From the IMG/VR virus record IMGVR_UViG_3300031857_000029: 64,000 nucleotides of DNA; one strand, written 5' to 3'. The stretch's first letter is position 1; each line of letters opens with the position of its first letter. This document shows, in pieces, positions 7,263 through 15,881 of the stretch. The DNA comes from a virus. Under the pieces are notes generated by a model that saw only the letters and a program-made list of their open reading frames with translations, was not told where the DNA came from and searched no databases. Position numbers and translations under genes: made by a program.

Positions 7263-7640
7263 ATGAAAAACTATTTACGATACGGGATAATTTCCCTTTT
7301 GGTAATTGGTTGCTACGACAATAATATTTTTAATCCAGATATGAGTAAACCACTTGATTTGGGAGTGACATCAACCTCCACAAAGTTTAGAACACAAAAA
7401 GTTACGACTACGGATGGTCACGCATCGGTATTAGTTGAAGTCACACCAGGTGCGTTGTATAGTTTACAACTTACCAGTATTGATGGTAAGATATTAGCAG
7501 TAGAAGGATTTACCGCAGATAAAGTCAATCAAGTCATCGACCTTGACTATACCAAGATTAAAAATGGTTCTTATGACTTAAACCTACTGGATGTCTCTGG
7601 CAACGTTGTCAAGATTCCAGTAATCATCAACAAACAATAG
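7263..7640 (+). CDS. lipoprotein with T9SS C-terminal sorting domain-like Ig fold
   Basis: Lipobox-like LLVIGC; YSLQLTSIDGK...IDLDYTKIKNGSYDLNL..G..KIPVII resembles type A CTD consensus. Confidence 0.55.
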   Translation: MKNYLRYGIISLLVIGCYDNNIFNPDMSKPLDLGVTSTSTKFRTQKVTTTDGHASVLVEVTPGALYSLQLTSIDGKILAVEGFTADKVNQVIDLDYTKIKNGSYDLNLLDVSGNVVKIPVIINKQ

Positions 7641-7649
7641 GAGAGTGTT

Positions 7650-7919
7650 ATGTCAGAAGAAAGTTCAGGCGGTGGATTAAAGAACGCAATCATTGGTTTA
7701 GTAACCATTATTGTGACCGCAATCGCAGGTGTTATTGGTAAGCAATTGATGGGTGGAGAAGAAGCAGCAACAACTCCACCACCAGCGGCAGCACCAGTAA
7801 TCAACCTTAATGTTGAAAACAACAATTCCGTGAAGGGTGGTTCAGGTGGTGGCGCAGCAGCACCAGCCCCAGCACCAAAAAAGAAGGACGATTGGGCAAA
7901 AGAAGAACCAAAGTGGTAA
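7650..7919 (+). CDS. single-TM protein with Pro/Ala/Gly-rich tail
   Basis: AIIGLVTIIVTAIAGVIG then low-complexity tail; GGAG RBS. Confidence 0.75.
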   Translation: MSEESSGGGLKNAIIGLVTIIVTAIAGVIGKQLMGGEEAATTPPPAAAPVINLNVENNNSVKGGSGGGAAAPAPAPKKKDDWAKEEPKW

Positions 7920-8048
7920 CCGTATGACTCCCGAAGAGGTTAAAGATTACGGTGAACGAGTAGAAGTTATGGCTAAAAAAGAACCTGCTTACGCAGGTTG
8001 GGGTTTCTTTTACTATGAATCAACTCATACCAATGAGGAAATTAATCT

Positions 8049-8456
8049 ATGCGAAATGAAGAAGAAATTACAACATCTGAAGAAACTGAAGTTTCGGTTT
8101 TAGATGCAACCCCAATTGAGGAAACTCCAATGACTACATCAGCAGAAAAATCAGCAGCACAAGAAAGTAAGTTTCAAGAAATGTTATTTAAGATGATGGC
8201 TCGTCGTTGGAACATTACGGCAATTGTTCTTATCACCTTTATGTTAATTGTTGGTGGTATTACAATGGCAGTATATAATCAAACAGCAATCGACGGTGAA
8301 TGGAAAGAACTTCTTCTACTTATGTTAGGTGCTTTCATCGGTTCATATGGTAAAATAATTGATTACTGGTTCTCAGACACCGACAAGGACAAGATGTTGG
8401 TACAAAAGATGGATGAAGAAGATGGACAATCCTTCTCAAATACGTTAGGAGGTTAA
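8049..8456 (+). CDS. two-TM membrane protein (holin-like candidate)
   Basis: Two hydrophobic helices; LLLMLGAFIGSYGKIIDYWFS. Confidence 0.65.
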   Translation: MRNEEEITTSEETEVSVLDATPIEETPMTTSAEKSAAQESKFQEMLFKMMARRWNITAIVLITFMLIVGGITMAVYNQTAIDGEWKELLLLMLGAFIGSYGKIIDYWFSDTDKDKMLVQKMDEEDGQSFSNTLGG

Positions 8457-8457
8457 T

Positions 8458-8748
8458 ATGGATGCAAAACAAATTCAAAAAGGATTGTTATCAAAGTTTT
8501 CACAAATCTTTCAAGATAACAATGAATATAACGAAAAAACAGTAATTGGTTTCCTATCATTTGCAGTAATGACCTTGTATTCTTTGGTGGACCTCGTAAC
8601 AGGTGTTATGGGTATTCCGTTAGAAATTCATGAATTTGTGTATAACTCATTTATGGTCATTACACTCGGTTCTTTTGGTATTGCAGGATTGGAAAAGTTT
8701 TCACCAACTGCGGTCAAGCAAGCAAAGGCCGGCGAAGGGGAAGAATAA
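8458..8748 (+). CDS. two-TM membrane protein (holin-like candidate)
   Basis: NEKTVIGFLSFAVM...FMVITLGSFGIAGLEKF; GGAGG RBS. Confidence 0.65.
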   Translation: MDAKQIQKGLLSKFSQIFQDNNEYNEKTVIGFLSFAVMTLYSLVDLVTGVMGIPLEIHEFVYNSFMVITLGSFGIAGLEKFSPTAVKQAKAGEGEE

Positions 8749-9509
8749 TGAAAAATATTAATAAGGTATTTAAACCGTTTGCATTGTTTATATGGACGGT
8801 AATAGTTGTTACTGCGTTAGTTGTGTTCCCAAATATAATGTCAGCACAAGTTGTTGGTAAGACACAAACCGAAGAATACCGTGCATCATTTGAAAGAAAG
8901 GTCAATATCGATTCGTTGATGGATTACGATGGACCAAAGATTCCTATTCAATTGTTAAACATCGGTATCAACGAAGAAGTGTTCGCAATGTACCCAGAAC
9001 TCAAAGACAAGCGTGTTGGTCTTGGAGTCACCAATATCGTTGTGGAATATTTGGAAGAAACAAATCGCTTCACTTTTACCGAAGATAAGACGGAAATCAA
9101 GAACCGCATGGTAAAGCAATTCCAAGCATCACAATCGGGTATTACCGAAAACAAGTTGGATGGTCGTGGTAAGATTAAGTTAGCCCGTTACTTCGTATAC
9201 ATTGAAGTCTATGATTTCTCAGTATCCGAAGATGAAACCATCAATTTGAAAGATGGTGTCAAGAATAAAGTGGTTACTCGTTTAGGTTTGCAGGTGAAGT
9301 TCGTTGATGCGGAAACTGGTGAATACTTTACTGGTTCTGGATTAGGGGAAGCAAAAACAGTTCGTGAATTAACCCTTATGAACGATGATAACTTTGGTGA
9401 AATCAAGTTCAACCAAAGTACCATCGGTACCAGTACTAAGAAAGCACTCGAAGATGCATCAGCAAAGATAGTAACGCGGATGGTCCGCAAGAAGATTTTC
9501 CCAAACTAA
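8748..9509 (+). CDS. CsgG/HfaB-family protein
   Basis: Signal/TM N-terminus; GLGVTNIVVEYLEETNRFTFTE, GKIKLARYFVYIEVYDFS, LGLQVKFVDAETGE..GSGLGEA follow the CsgG family layout. Confidence 0.7.
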   Translation: MKNINKVFKPFALFIWTVIVVTALVVFPNIMSAQVVGKTQTEEYRASFERKVNIDSLMDYDGPKIPIQLLNIGINEEVFAMYPELKDKRVGLGVTNIVVEYLEETNRFTFTEDKTEIKNRMVKQFQASQSGITENKLDGRGKIKLARYFVYIEVYDFSVSEDETINLKDGVKNKVVTRLGLQVKFVDAETGEYFTGSGLGEAKTVRELTLMNDDNFGEIKFNQSTIGTSTKKALEDASAKIVTRMVRKKIFPN

Positions 9510-9519
9510 GGAGTTTTTT

Positions 9520-9762
9520 ATGACAACGGTATTTGTTTTATTATTAGTAGCAGTAGCAGTTGCATTCGTACTCACCAGAAAGTCGCAACAACCACTTAAG
9601 CTTGTTGGTACTGTCAAGAAGGTTGAAGCAGCAGTAGCAAAGACACTTGATGTCAATGGTGATGGCAAAGTTGACCTTAAGGATGTTAAGGCAGCAGCAG
9701 AAGTGGTCAAGAAGGTTCGTAAACCACGTGCAAAGAAGATAACTGGTAAAAAGAAAAACTAA
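9520..9762 (+). CDS. small membrane-anchored protein with dockerin/EF-hand-like loop
   Basis: N-terminal TM; LDVNGDGKVDLKDV; basic tail. Confidence 0.7.
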   Translation: MTTVFVLLLVAVAVAFVLTRKSQQPLKLVGTVKKVEAAVAKTLDVNGDGKVDLKDVKAAAEVVKKVRKPRAKKITGKKKN

Positions 9763-10379
9763 TGAAAAAACTATTAGTATTTTTCTTATTAGCACTTCCA
9801 TTACAAGCGCAGGATACCGTTCGGGTGAAACATGGCAACTATGAATCGGTATTTTCTGTGAGTAAGAGGTATCCTGTGCTTGTGGAATGGACAGTGACTC
9901 GTAGTAAGTTGGAATGTAAGAATCCAGCAAAGCGTACGGACAAGTTCCTCCCAGACCCAAACATCAAGAAAGAAAGTAATATTGATGAAGATTATGTCAA
10001 GTCTGGATTTGACCGTGGACACATCTCACCAGCCGCAGATGCACGGTGTAATGAAAAACATATGGCAGAAAGTTTCTATTTCACCAATATGGCTCCACAA
10101 TATCCTGGTTTAAATCGTGGTCAATGGAAGAACTTAGAAGAATGGACTCGTATTCTCGCTGTAGAAAATGATTCAGTCATTGTTAAGGCAGGATGTGTTG
10201 GTGAAGCACAAAAGATGAATCGTGTTGTAGTTCCTACACACTGCTGGAAAGTTATTCGTGTTAAGAATCAAACAGAAGCATATGTGTTTCCAAATGTTCC
10301 AGAACGGTCAAAGTCATTTGAAATGCACAAGGTACCGTTGGATAGTGTAAAGAAACTTACAAAGTTACCAATTAAATAA
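9762..10379 (+). CDS. secreted DNA/RNA non-specific endonuclease (NucA/EndoG family)
   Basis: Signal peptide; SGFDRGHISPAAD, SFYFTNMAPQ..LNRGQWKNLEEW, VPTHCWKVI. Confidence 0.92.
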   Translation: MKKLLVFFLLALPLQAQDTVRVKHGNYESVFSVSKRYPVLVEWTVTRSKLECKNPAKRTDKFLPDPNIKKESNIDEDYVKSGFDRGHISPAADARCNEKHMAESFYFTNMAPQYPGLNRGQWKNLEEWTRILAVENDSVIVKAGCVGEAQKMNRVVVPTHCWKVIRVKNQTEAYVFPNVPERSKSFEMHKVPLDSVKKLTKLPIK

Positions 10380-11800
10380 TGAGACATATTAGAACCGCAG
10401 TTATACTATTATTATTTGTAGCATCAAGCTGTGGTAAAGCACAAGTTGTAGTACAAACTTGGGTTGACCCGTGTACGAATACAGTTCAAACGGCAACATT
10501 TCCTATTAATGGGCCTGGTGTACTGATTTCGTATCGTGGTCAATCCAAGATTTTTACTGCGGCACAAGCACAAGCGGGTGAACTATTAGCATGGATTAAT
10601 CAAGTCACCGTAACTATCCCGTGTCCTGTAGTGAATAATCCCGTGGTGACACAAACCACAACTACTGTCGCAACACAAGCTGCAACACAAGCGGCGTCCG
10701 CTGCGGCAAGTGCTGCGGCATCAGCAGCCGCAAGTGCCGCAGCTTCTTCGGCAGCATCTTCAGCAGCAGGTAGTGCCGCAAGTTCGGCGGCAAATAGTGC
10801 AGCAAGTTCTGCTGCAACGTCAGCGGCGGCGTCTACACCACCCCCAACACCACCACCCGCTCCTGCAACACCTGCGGCACCAGCAGCACCCGCACCATCT
10901 AGTAGTTCGTCCTCTACTCCTGCTCCTTCTAGTTCATCGTCAGAACCAGCACCCACATCAAGTGGTGGTGGAGAACCCACGGCAGAATCTAAACCAGCAG
11001 AAGCTAAAGCCGAGGCTAAGTCAGAATCTTCATCGGAATCTAAATCAGAATCAAAGTCAGAAGAAAGTAAATCTGAATCTAAGTCTGAAGAAAAGTCTGA
11101 AGAGAAGAAGGACGAAAAGAAAGAAGAAAAGAAAAAGGGTGGTGAAAATGTTAATCCTTTATTAGTGGCATCTGATTTAACCACAGGTCAAAATCCAGAC
11201 GGTAGTTTAACTGCGATGTTGACTACGGGCGTGTCACAATCTTCATTAGCAGGTGATAAGAGTTATGGTGTCACTGGTATTCTTTGGTTGACATTTGACC
11301 AAGGAGCTATCAACGCATCCTATTCTAAGATGAAGTTTGATAAAGGTAAATTAAAACATATTATGTCGTATGCCAACACCGCAGCATATCTAAAAGGAAC
11401 GTGGATGAATATGACTGGTGTAACGTGGGTCAAACCCGACCCTAAGTGGGGAATTGTTGGGGTAAGTGGAAACGTTATTATCTTGGCAATTCCAGACAAA
11501 ATGGAAAAGAAAACAGCAATTAGTTACGCAACGTCATTTGCAGCATTCTGGATGCACAATCCAATTCAGCTAAATGAACGTGCCACACTATCTCCACAGA
11601 TATTTATTCTGGGTTCACCAGTATCATATAATGATATGACCAAGTTTACCTTTAGTGATCAGTTAAGTGCTATGGTCGGTAACTCGGTAGACTATAAGAT
11701 TACCAAACGATTCGGTATGACAGGCGCACACAGAGTAATGGTTCCGTCAACAGGAAAACCTCTACACTTTTTACTCATCGGTTCACGGGTAACACTATAA
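10379..11800 (+). CDS. exported protein with long low-complexity linker and probable C-terminal beta-barrel
   Basis: Signal peptide, Cys-pair domain, ~170-aa Ala/Ser, Pro, Ser/Glu/Lys linker, amphipathic beta strands ending LLIGSRVTL. Confidence 0.6.
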   Translation: MRHIRTAVILLLFVASSCGKAQVVVQTWVDPCTNTVQTATFPINGPGVLISYRGQSKIFTAAQAQAGELLAWINQVTVTIPCPVVNNPVVTQTTTTVATQAATQAASAAASAAASAAASAAASSAASSAAGSAASSAANSAASSAATSAAASTPPPTPPPAPATPAAPAAPAPSSSSSSTPAPSSSSSEPAPTSSGGGEPTAESKPAEAKAEAKSESSSESKSESKSEESKSESKSEEKSEEKKDEKKEEKKKGGENVNPLLVASDLTTGQNPDGSLTAMLTTGVSQSSLAGDKSYGVTGILWLTFDQGAINASYSKMKFDKGKLKHIMSYANTAAYLKGTWMNMTGVTWVKPDPKWGIVGVSGNVIILAIPDKMEKKTAISYATSFAAFWMHNPIQLNERATLSPQIFILGSPVSYNDMTKFTFSDQLSAMVGNSVDYKITKRFGMTGAHRVMVPSTGKPLHFLLIGSRVTL

Positions 11801-11809
11801 GGAGCAGTT

Positions 11810-12589
11810 ATGATTAAAGAATTACCGTTCTCAGAACAAAGCGCATTATTTGCAAGATTTAGTAATTTAGCATATCAAAAACCAAAAGAAGCAACCAATT
11901 TATTTAAGAAAGCAGGGTTTGACGAAGTAACATATTACGGAAATGAAGGTAGTAACGCATATGTAATTGAAAGTAAAGACGATGTAGTAGTCGTATGTCG
12001 TGGTACTGAAGTCAAAGAATGGAGTGATATTAGTGCAGACCTTAGTATAGCATTGACTCCATCACGCACGGGTATCGGCAAGGTTCATCGTGGATTTCGT
12101 ACATACACCGACAAGATTTGGGAACCAATTAAAGCACATATTAGTCCAATTAAGAACAAAGATATTTGGTTTACTGGACATAGTTTAGGTGCGGCAATGG
12201 CAACATTGATGGCTCGTCGTTGTGTGTTGGATATTAGTATGAGAGTTCCAACTCTATTCACTTATGGCAGTCCACGTGTTGGTAATCGTGCATATATCAA
12301 TGAATTTAATTCTCAAATTACACATCATCGTTGGGTTAATGACGGTGATATTGTAACTAAAGTTCCATTTGTTCCATTTTATTATCATTGCGGCACAATG
12401 CATCATATCGGAAGTGACGGAAAGGTTGCGGTTGAGTTTGATAGAAAAATTAGTTGGAAACGTATTTTATCCCTGCTTTTACCCCACGGTATTTTCAAGT
12501 TAATTGCAGGAGATACAAAGGACCATTCATCAGAATTGTACACGGAAAACTTGACATTCTGGGCAATGAATGACGTATCACAATCTTAA
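11810..12589 (+). CDS. lipase class 3
   Basis: VVVCRGT, KVHRGF, FTGHSLGAAMA, TYGSPRVGN, DIVTKVP, DH. Confidence 0.92.
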   Translation: MIKELPFSEQSALFARFSNLAYQKPKEATNLFKKAGFDEVTYYGNEGSNAYVIESKDDVVVVCRGTEVKEWSDISADLSIALTPSRTGIGKVHRGFRTYTDKIWEPIKAHISPIKNKDIWFTGHSLGAAMATLMARRCVLDISMRVPTLFTYGSPRVGNRAYINEFNSQITHHRWVNDGDIVTKVPFVPFYYHCGTMHHIGSDGKVAVEFDRKISWKRILSLLLPHGIFKLIAGDTKDHSSELYTENLTFWAMNDVSQS

Positions 12590-12606
12590 CCAATTAGGAG
12601 AAACGT

Positions 12607-13206
12607 ATGGACATCAGTAAACTCAAAGGTCACGTTCCAGACGCAGTTATTGCTCAAATTCCAGAAGTAATGGACAAGTTCCAAATCAACACCCCACTTC
12701 GTCTTTGCCACTTTCTTGCACAATGTGGTCACGAATCCGGCAACTTCAAGGCAGTGAATGAAAATCTAAACTATGGTGCAAAGGGACTTCGTGGTATCTT
12801 TGGAAAGTACTTCCCAACTGATGCAAAGGCAGCAGAATACGAACGTAAACCAGAAAAGATTGCAAATCTTGTGTACGGTGGTCGTATGGGTAACGGACCA
12901 GAAGCAAGTGGTGACGGATACAAATATCGTGGTCGTGGTTACATTCAATTGACTGGCAAGGATAACTATGCAGCATTTGATAAGGTAGTCGCAGAAGATA
13001 TCACCGCAACTCCAGACCTCGTAGCAACCAAGTATCCACTTCTCTCAGCAGCTTGGTTCTGGAATTCACGCAAACTCAATGAATTAGCAGATAAGGGTGC
13101 TACCGATGCAGAAGTAACGTCAATTACCAAAAAGGTAAATGGCGGAACCATCGGATTAGAAGACCGCATCAAGCACTTTAAGGAATTCTATAATTTAGTG
13201 AAGTAA
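12607..13206 (+). CDS. GH19 family endolysin
   Basis: HFLAQCGHES, ENLNY, DGYKYRGRGYIQLTGKDNY, SAAWFW, ITKKVNGGTIGLEDR. Confidence 0.93.
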   Translation: MDISKLKGHVPDAVIAQIPEVMDKFQINTPLRLCHFLAQCGHESGNFKAVNENLNYGAKGLRGIFGKYFPTDAKAAEYERKPEKIANLVYGGRMGNGPEASGDGYKYRGRGYIQLTGKDNYAAFDKVVAEDITATPDLVATKYPLLSAAWFWNSRKLNELADKGATDAEVTSITKKVNGGTIGLEDRIKHFKEFYNLVK

Positions 13207-13239
13207 TTCTTTTTTAAGAACTACATATATAAGTGGGGG

Positions 13240-13269
13240 TTGACAATATGTTAATCCCCATTTTATATT
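13240..13269 (+). promoter_or_regulatory. sigma70-type promoter overlapping a terminator-like hairpin
   Basis: TTGACA-N18-TATATT overlapping the TGGGGGTTGAC/GTTAATCCCCA hairpin, followed by TTTT. Confidence 0.55.
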
Positions 13270-13282
13270 TATGGAGGTTCGT

Positions 13283-13786
13283 ATGTATAAAATTTTATTA
13301 TTTGTAGTTGCAGTACAAACGGTATCCACTACCAAATTACCACTTCCGTCAAAAACATTACGAGATACAACTAATAACTTAATTGTAATTCATAATGATG
13401 GAAGTAATATGGACGCGAAAACAACGCATAGAGTTCTTCGTCGCCGTAGATTGGCTTATCATTATTTTATTGATAGAAACGGAAAGATTTATCAATTTGT
13501 TGACCCAAAGTATGTTGCGAAACATGCGGGAATTTCGTGGTTGGATGGATTGGTAAATTGGAATAACTTTAGTATTGGAATTTGTCTACAAGGTAGAAAT
13601 ATCACACGATACACAGATAAACAATACGCAAGCTTACAATCGTTAGTGACGATGTTACACCAACGATATCCAAATAGTAAGGGGAAATCATTATATACAC
13701 ATGCACAAATCGCATTTCCACGATTTAGGAAGAAAGACCCAGGCGATTTGTTTGATATGACACGAATTAAAGTAGATAGTATCTAA
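13283..13786 (+). CDS. N-acetylmuramoyl-L-alanine amidase (Amidase_2)
   Basis: IVIH, AYHYFIDRNGKIYQ, AKHAG, N..SIGI, H....RKKDPG; GGAGG RBS. Confidence 0.88.
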   Translation: MYKILLFVVAVQTVSTTKLPLPSKTLRDTTNNLIVIHNDGSNMDAKTTHRVLRRRRLAYHYFIDRNGKIYQFVDPKYVAKHAGISWLDGLVNWNNFSIGICLQGRNITRYTDKQYASLQSLVTMLHQRYPNSKGKSLYTHAQIAFPRFRKKDPGDLFDMTRIKVDSI

Positions 13787-13801
13787 TAGAGGATAAAGGT
13801 T

Positions 13802-14815
13802 ATGATTAAACATGCTGATGTAATTGTAGATTTACAAGCAGGTGATACGGGTAAAGGTAAGGTTGCTCATGCACTTGCTAAAAATTATGACCTGATTTTT
13901 CGGTATAACGGTGGGTCAAATGCTGGTCACACGGTGTATCACGATGGGAAGAAAGTCGTAACTCATCTTGTTCCTATTGGTGTATTGTTTGGTATTCCAA
14001 GTATTATTGGATTAGGATGTGTGGTCAATATTCCCAAGCTAATGGAAGAGATTCGTGATTTACAAGCACAAGGAATCAAGACAGACGGATTAATTTTTGT
14101 TGATAAGCGAGCACACGTAGTGTTCGGATATCATATAGATGAAGATACACGGGATTCTAAAATCGGAACAACTCGTCAAGGTATCGGTCCAGCTTATCGT
14201 GACAAGTACTCCCGTCAAGGAACACGTATTGGTGATTTGGACACAAGTTCCATAAAAGATTTTAGTGTCATTGATACTTATGAATTGTTCCACAACAAAC
14301 ACAACGATTGGCGTATCTTGTGTGAAGGGGCACAAGGATTTCAGATTGATATTGATTGGGGTGACTACCCATATGTGACAAGTTCACATTGTACTGTGGG
14401 GTCGGCAATCTTGAATGGAATTTCACCACGCCGTCTTCGTCATATCTATGGAATTATGAAGGCATACGAAACCTATTCAGGGTTCAAGACCACATTCCAA
14501 GATGAAAATGACTCAGACCTTCAAAAAATTCAAGAAGCAGGTGGTGAATTCGGTGCTACTACTGGCCGGAAGCGGAAGGTTCGTTGGTTAGATTTAGATG
14601 GCGTTATTAAAGCCGCCAATATCAATGGTGTTACCGACTTAATTATCAATAAAGCAGATATTTTGGCTCAAGTCGGTGTATTCAAATATGTCTATGGTGG
14701 AGTAGTGTACGAAGTTCTAACATTAGACGAATTCAAAGCGCAAATTAATGATATTCTATATGAGTATACCGATGTAGAAGAAATTGTATGGTCAATGACC
14801 CCGAACGGAATTTGA
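13802..14815 (+). CDS. purA: adenylosuccinate synthetase (short form)
   Basis: GDTGKGK, GGSNAGHT, IGTTRQGIGPAY, EGAQG, DYPYVTSS, EFGATTGRKR, NKAD. Confidence 0.93.
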   Translation: MIKHADVIVDLQAGDTGKGKVAHALAKNYDLIFRYNGGSNAGHTVYHDGKKVVTHLVPIGVLFGIPSIIGLGCVVNIPKLMEEIRDLQAQGIKTDGLIFVDKRAHVVFGYHIDEDTRDSKIGTTRQGIGPAYRDKYSRQGTRIGDLDTSSIKDFSVIDTYELFHNKHNDWRILCEGAQGFQIDIDWGDYPYVTSSHCTVGSAILNGISPRRLRHIYGIMKAYETYSGFKTTFQDENDSDLQKIQEAGGEFGATTGRKRKVRWLDLDGVIKAANINGVTDLIINKADILAQVGVFKYVYGGVVYEVLTLDEFKAQINDILYEYTDVEEIVWSMTPNGI

Positions 14816-14822
14816 GGTTTTT

Positions 14823-15668
14823 ATGGTAAATGTTGGAGTGATAGGACTTGGTTATGTGGGAACAGCTGTTTTTAAGGGATTTGAAACAATTACTAAAGTT
14901 CGTACATACGATATAGCTAAAGAATGTACAGAACAATCTATTGGTGAGGTAGCTAATAAATCACAAGTAGTATTCATCTGTGTTCCAACACCGATGAATC
15001 CAGATGGAACATGTAATACGAACATTGTAGAAACAGTTTTACAAGAAATATCAACTACAAACCAGTCAGAAAGTGCATCACCGATTTGTGTACTGAAATC
15101 AACTATCACTCCTGGTACAACAAAGAGACTTGCGAAACAGTTCCCAAATCTAACCATATGCTTTAACCCAGAATTTTTGACAGAAAAGAATTATATCAAT
15201 GATTTCTTGTCACAAGTCAATGTTATTTTAGGATATGTCAATAACGCTAGAGAAGTTAGAGTTGTTAATGATTTGTACAGAGAACGATTCGGTGAAGCAA
15301 ATATAATAATCATCAATTCTGATGAAGCCGAAATGGTTAAGTATGTTGCAAATACATTCCTTGCCACAAAGGTTGCCTATTTGAATGAAATTTGGCAAAT
15401 CTGTCAAAAGACGGGAATCAATTATGACCATATGATTACCGTGTTGAACCAAGATGAACGGCTGGGAAGTACTCATTGGAACGTGCCTGGGCATGATGGA
15501 AAATTTGGGTTTGGCGGTACGTGTTTTCCAAAAGATATAAATGCCTTAATTCAATTTGGAAATACAAACGGACAAAACACCCCGTTATTAAATGCGGTGT
15601 GGGAGAAAAACCTCGAAATGCGTCCCGAAAGGGATTGGGAATTGGACAAAGGTAGGGCTGTAATATAA
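14823..15668 (+). CDS. UDP-glucose/GDP-mannose dehydrogenase family protein
   Basis: GLGYVG, ICVPTP, KSTITPGTT, FNPEFL, AEMVKY..N.FLATKV, GFGGTCFPKD. Confidence 0.9.
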   Translation: MVNVGVIGLGYVGTAVFKGFETITKVRTYDIAKECTEQSIGEVANKSQVVFICVPTPMNPDGTCNTNIVETVLQEISTTNQSESASPICVLKSTITPGTTKRLAKQFPNLTICFNPEFLTEKNYINDFLSQVNVILGYVNNAREVRVVNDLYRERFGEANIIIINSDEAEMVKYVANTFLATKVAYLNEIWQICQKTGINYDHMITVLNQDERLGSTHWNVPGHDGKFGFGGTCFPKDINALIQFGNTNGQNTPLLNAVWEKNLEMRPERDWELDKGRAVI

Positions 15669-15686
15669 AGTATTTATATAGACCCC

Positions 15687-15715
15687 TTGACATTTTGGGT
15701 GACATACATTATATT
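15687..15715 (+). promoter_or_regulatory. sigma70-type promoter
   Basis: TTGACA-N17-TATATT upstream of tRNA-Val. Confidence 0.75.
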
Positions 15716-15730
15716 TAGAATGTGGTTCAC

Positions 15731-15804
15731 GGGTGGTTAGCTCAGTTGGTTAGAGCATCTCGTTTACACCGAGAGGGTCGGGGGTTCGAGTCCCTCACTA
15801 CCCA
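15731..15804 (+). tRNA. tRNA-Val(TAC)
   Basis: TCTCG-TTTACAC-CGAGA. Confidence 0.95.
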
Positions 15805-15805
15805 T

Positions 15806-15877
15806 GCGAGTGTCATATAACGGCTATTATCCTAGCCTTCCAAGCTAGAGACGCGGGTTCGACTCCCGCCACTCGCT
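15806..15877 (+). tRNA. tRNA-Gly(TCC)
   Basis: CTAGC-CTTCCAA-GCTAG; GCG acceptor, U73. Confidence 0.93.
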
Positions 15878-15881
15878 CTTT

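Noticed and set aside
7924-8103. Possible small CDS MTPEEVKDYG...
   Set aside because: No RBS, overlaps the next gene by 55 nt, and contains a terminator-like hairpin (AACCTGC-TTAC-GCAGGTT); left uncalled.
10680-11140. CRISPR array or tandem DNA repeat
   Set aside because: Repetition is at the amino-acid level with variable codons; no repeat-spacer periodicity was seen anywhere in the window.
10600-11184. Long antisense and alternate-frame ORFs over the low-complexity linker
   Set aside because: Shadow ORFs from repetitive codons; no RBS or motif. The same applies to the other minus-strand ORFs, such as 63092..63736.
13802-14815. PurZ / Z-genome (2-aminoadenine) pathway, suggested by a short PurA homolog plus an HD hydrolase
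   Set aside because: It keeps the PurA catalytic Asp (GDTGKG, not GSTGKG) and the TTGRxR Arg; the HD protein looks YhaM-like and is not adjacent.
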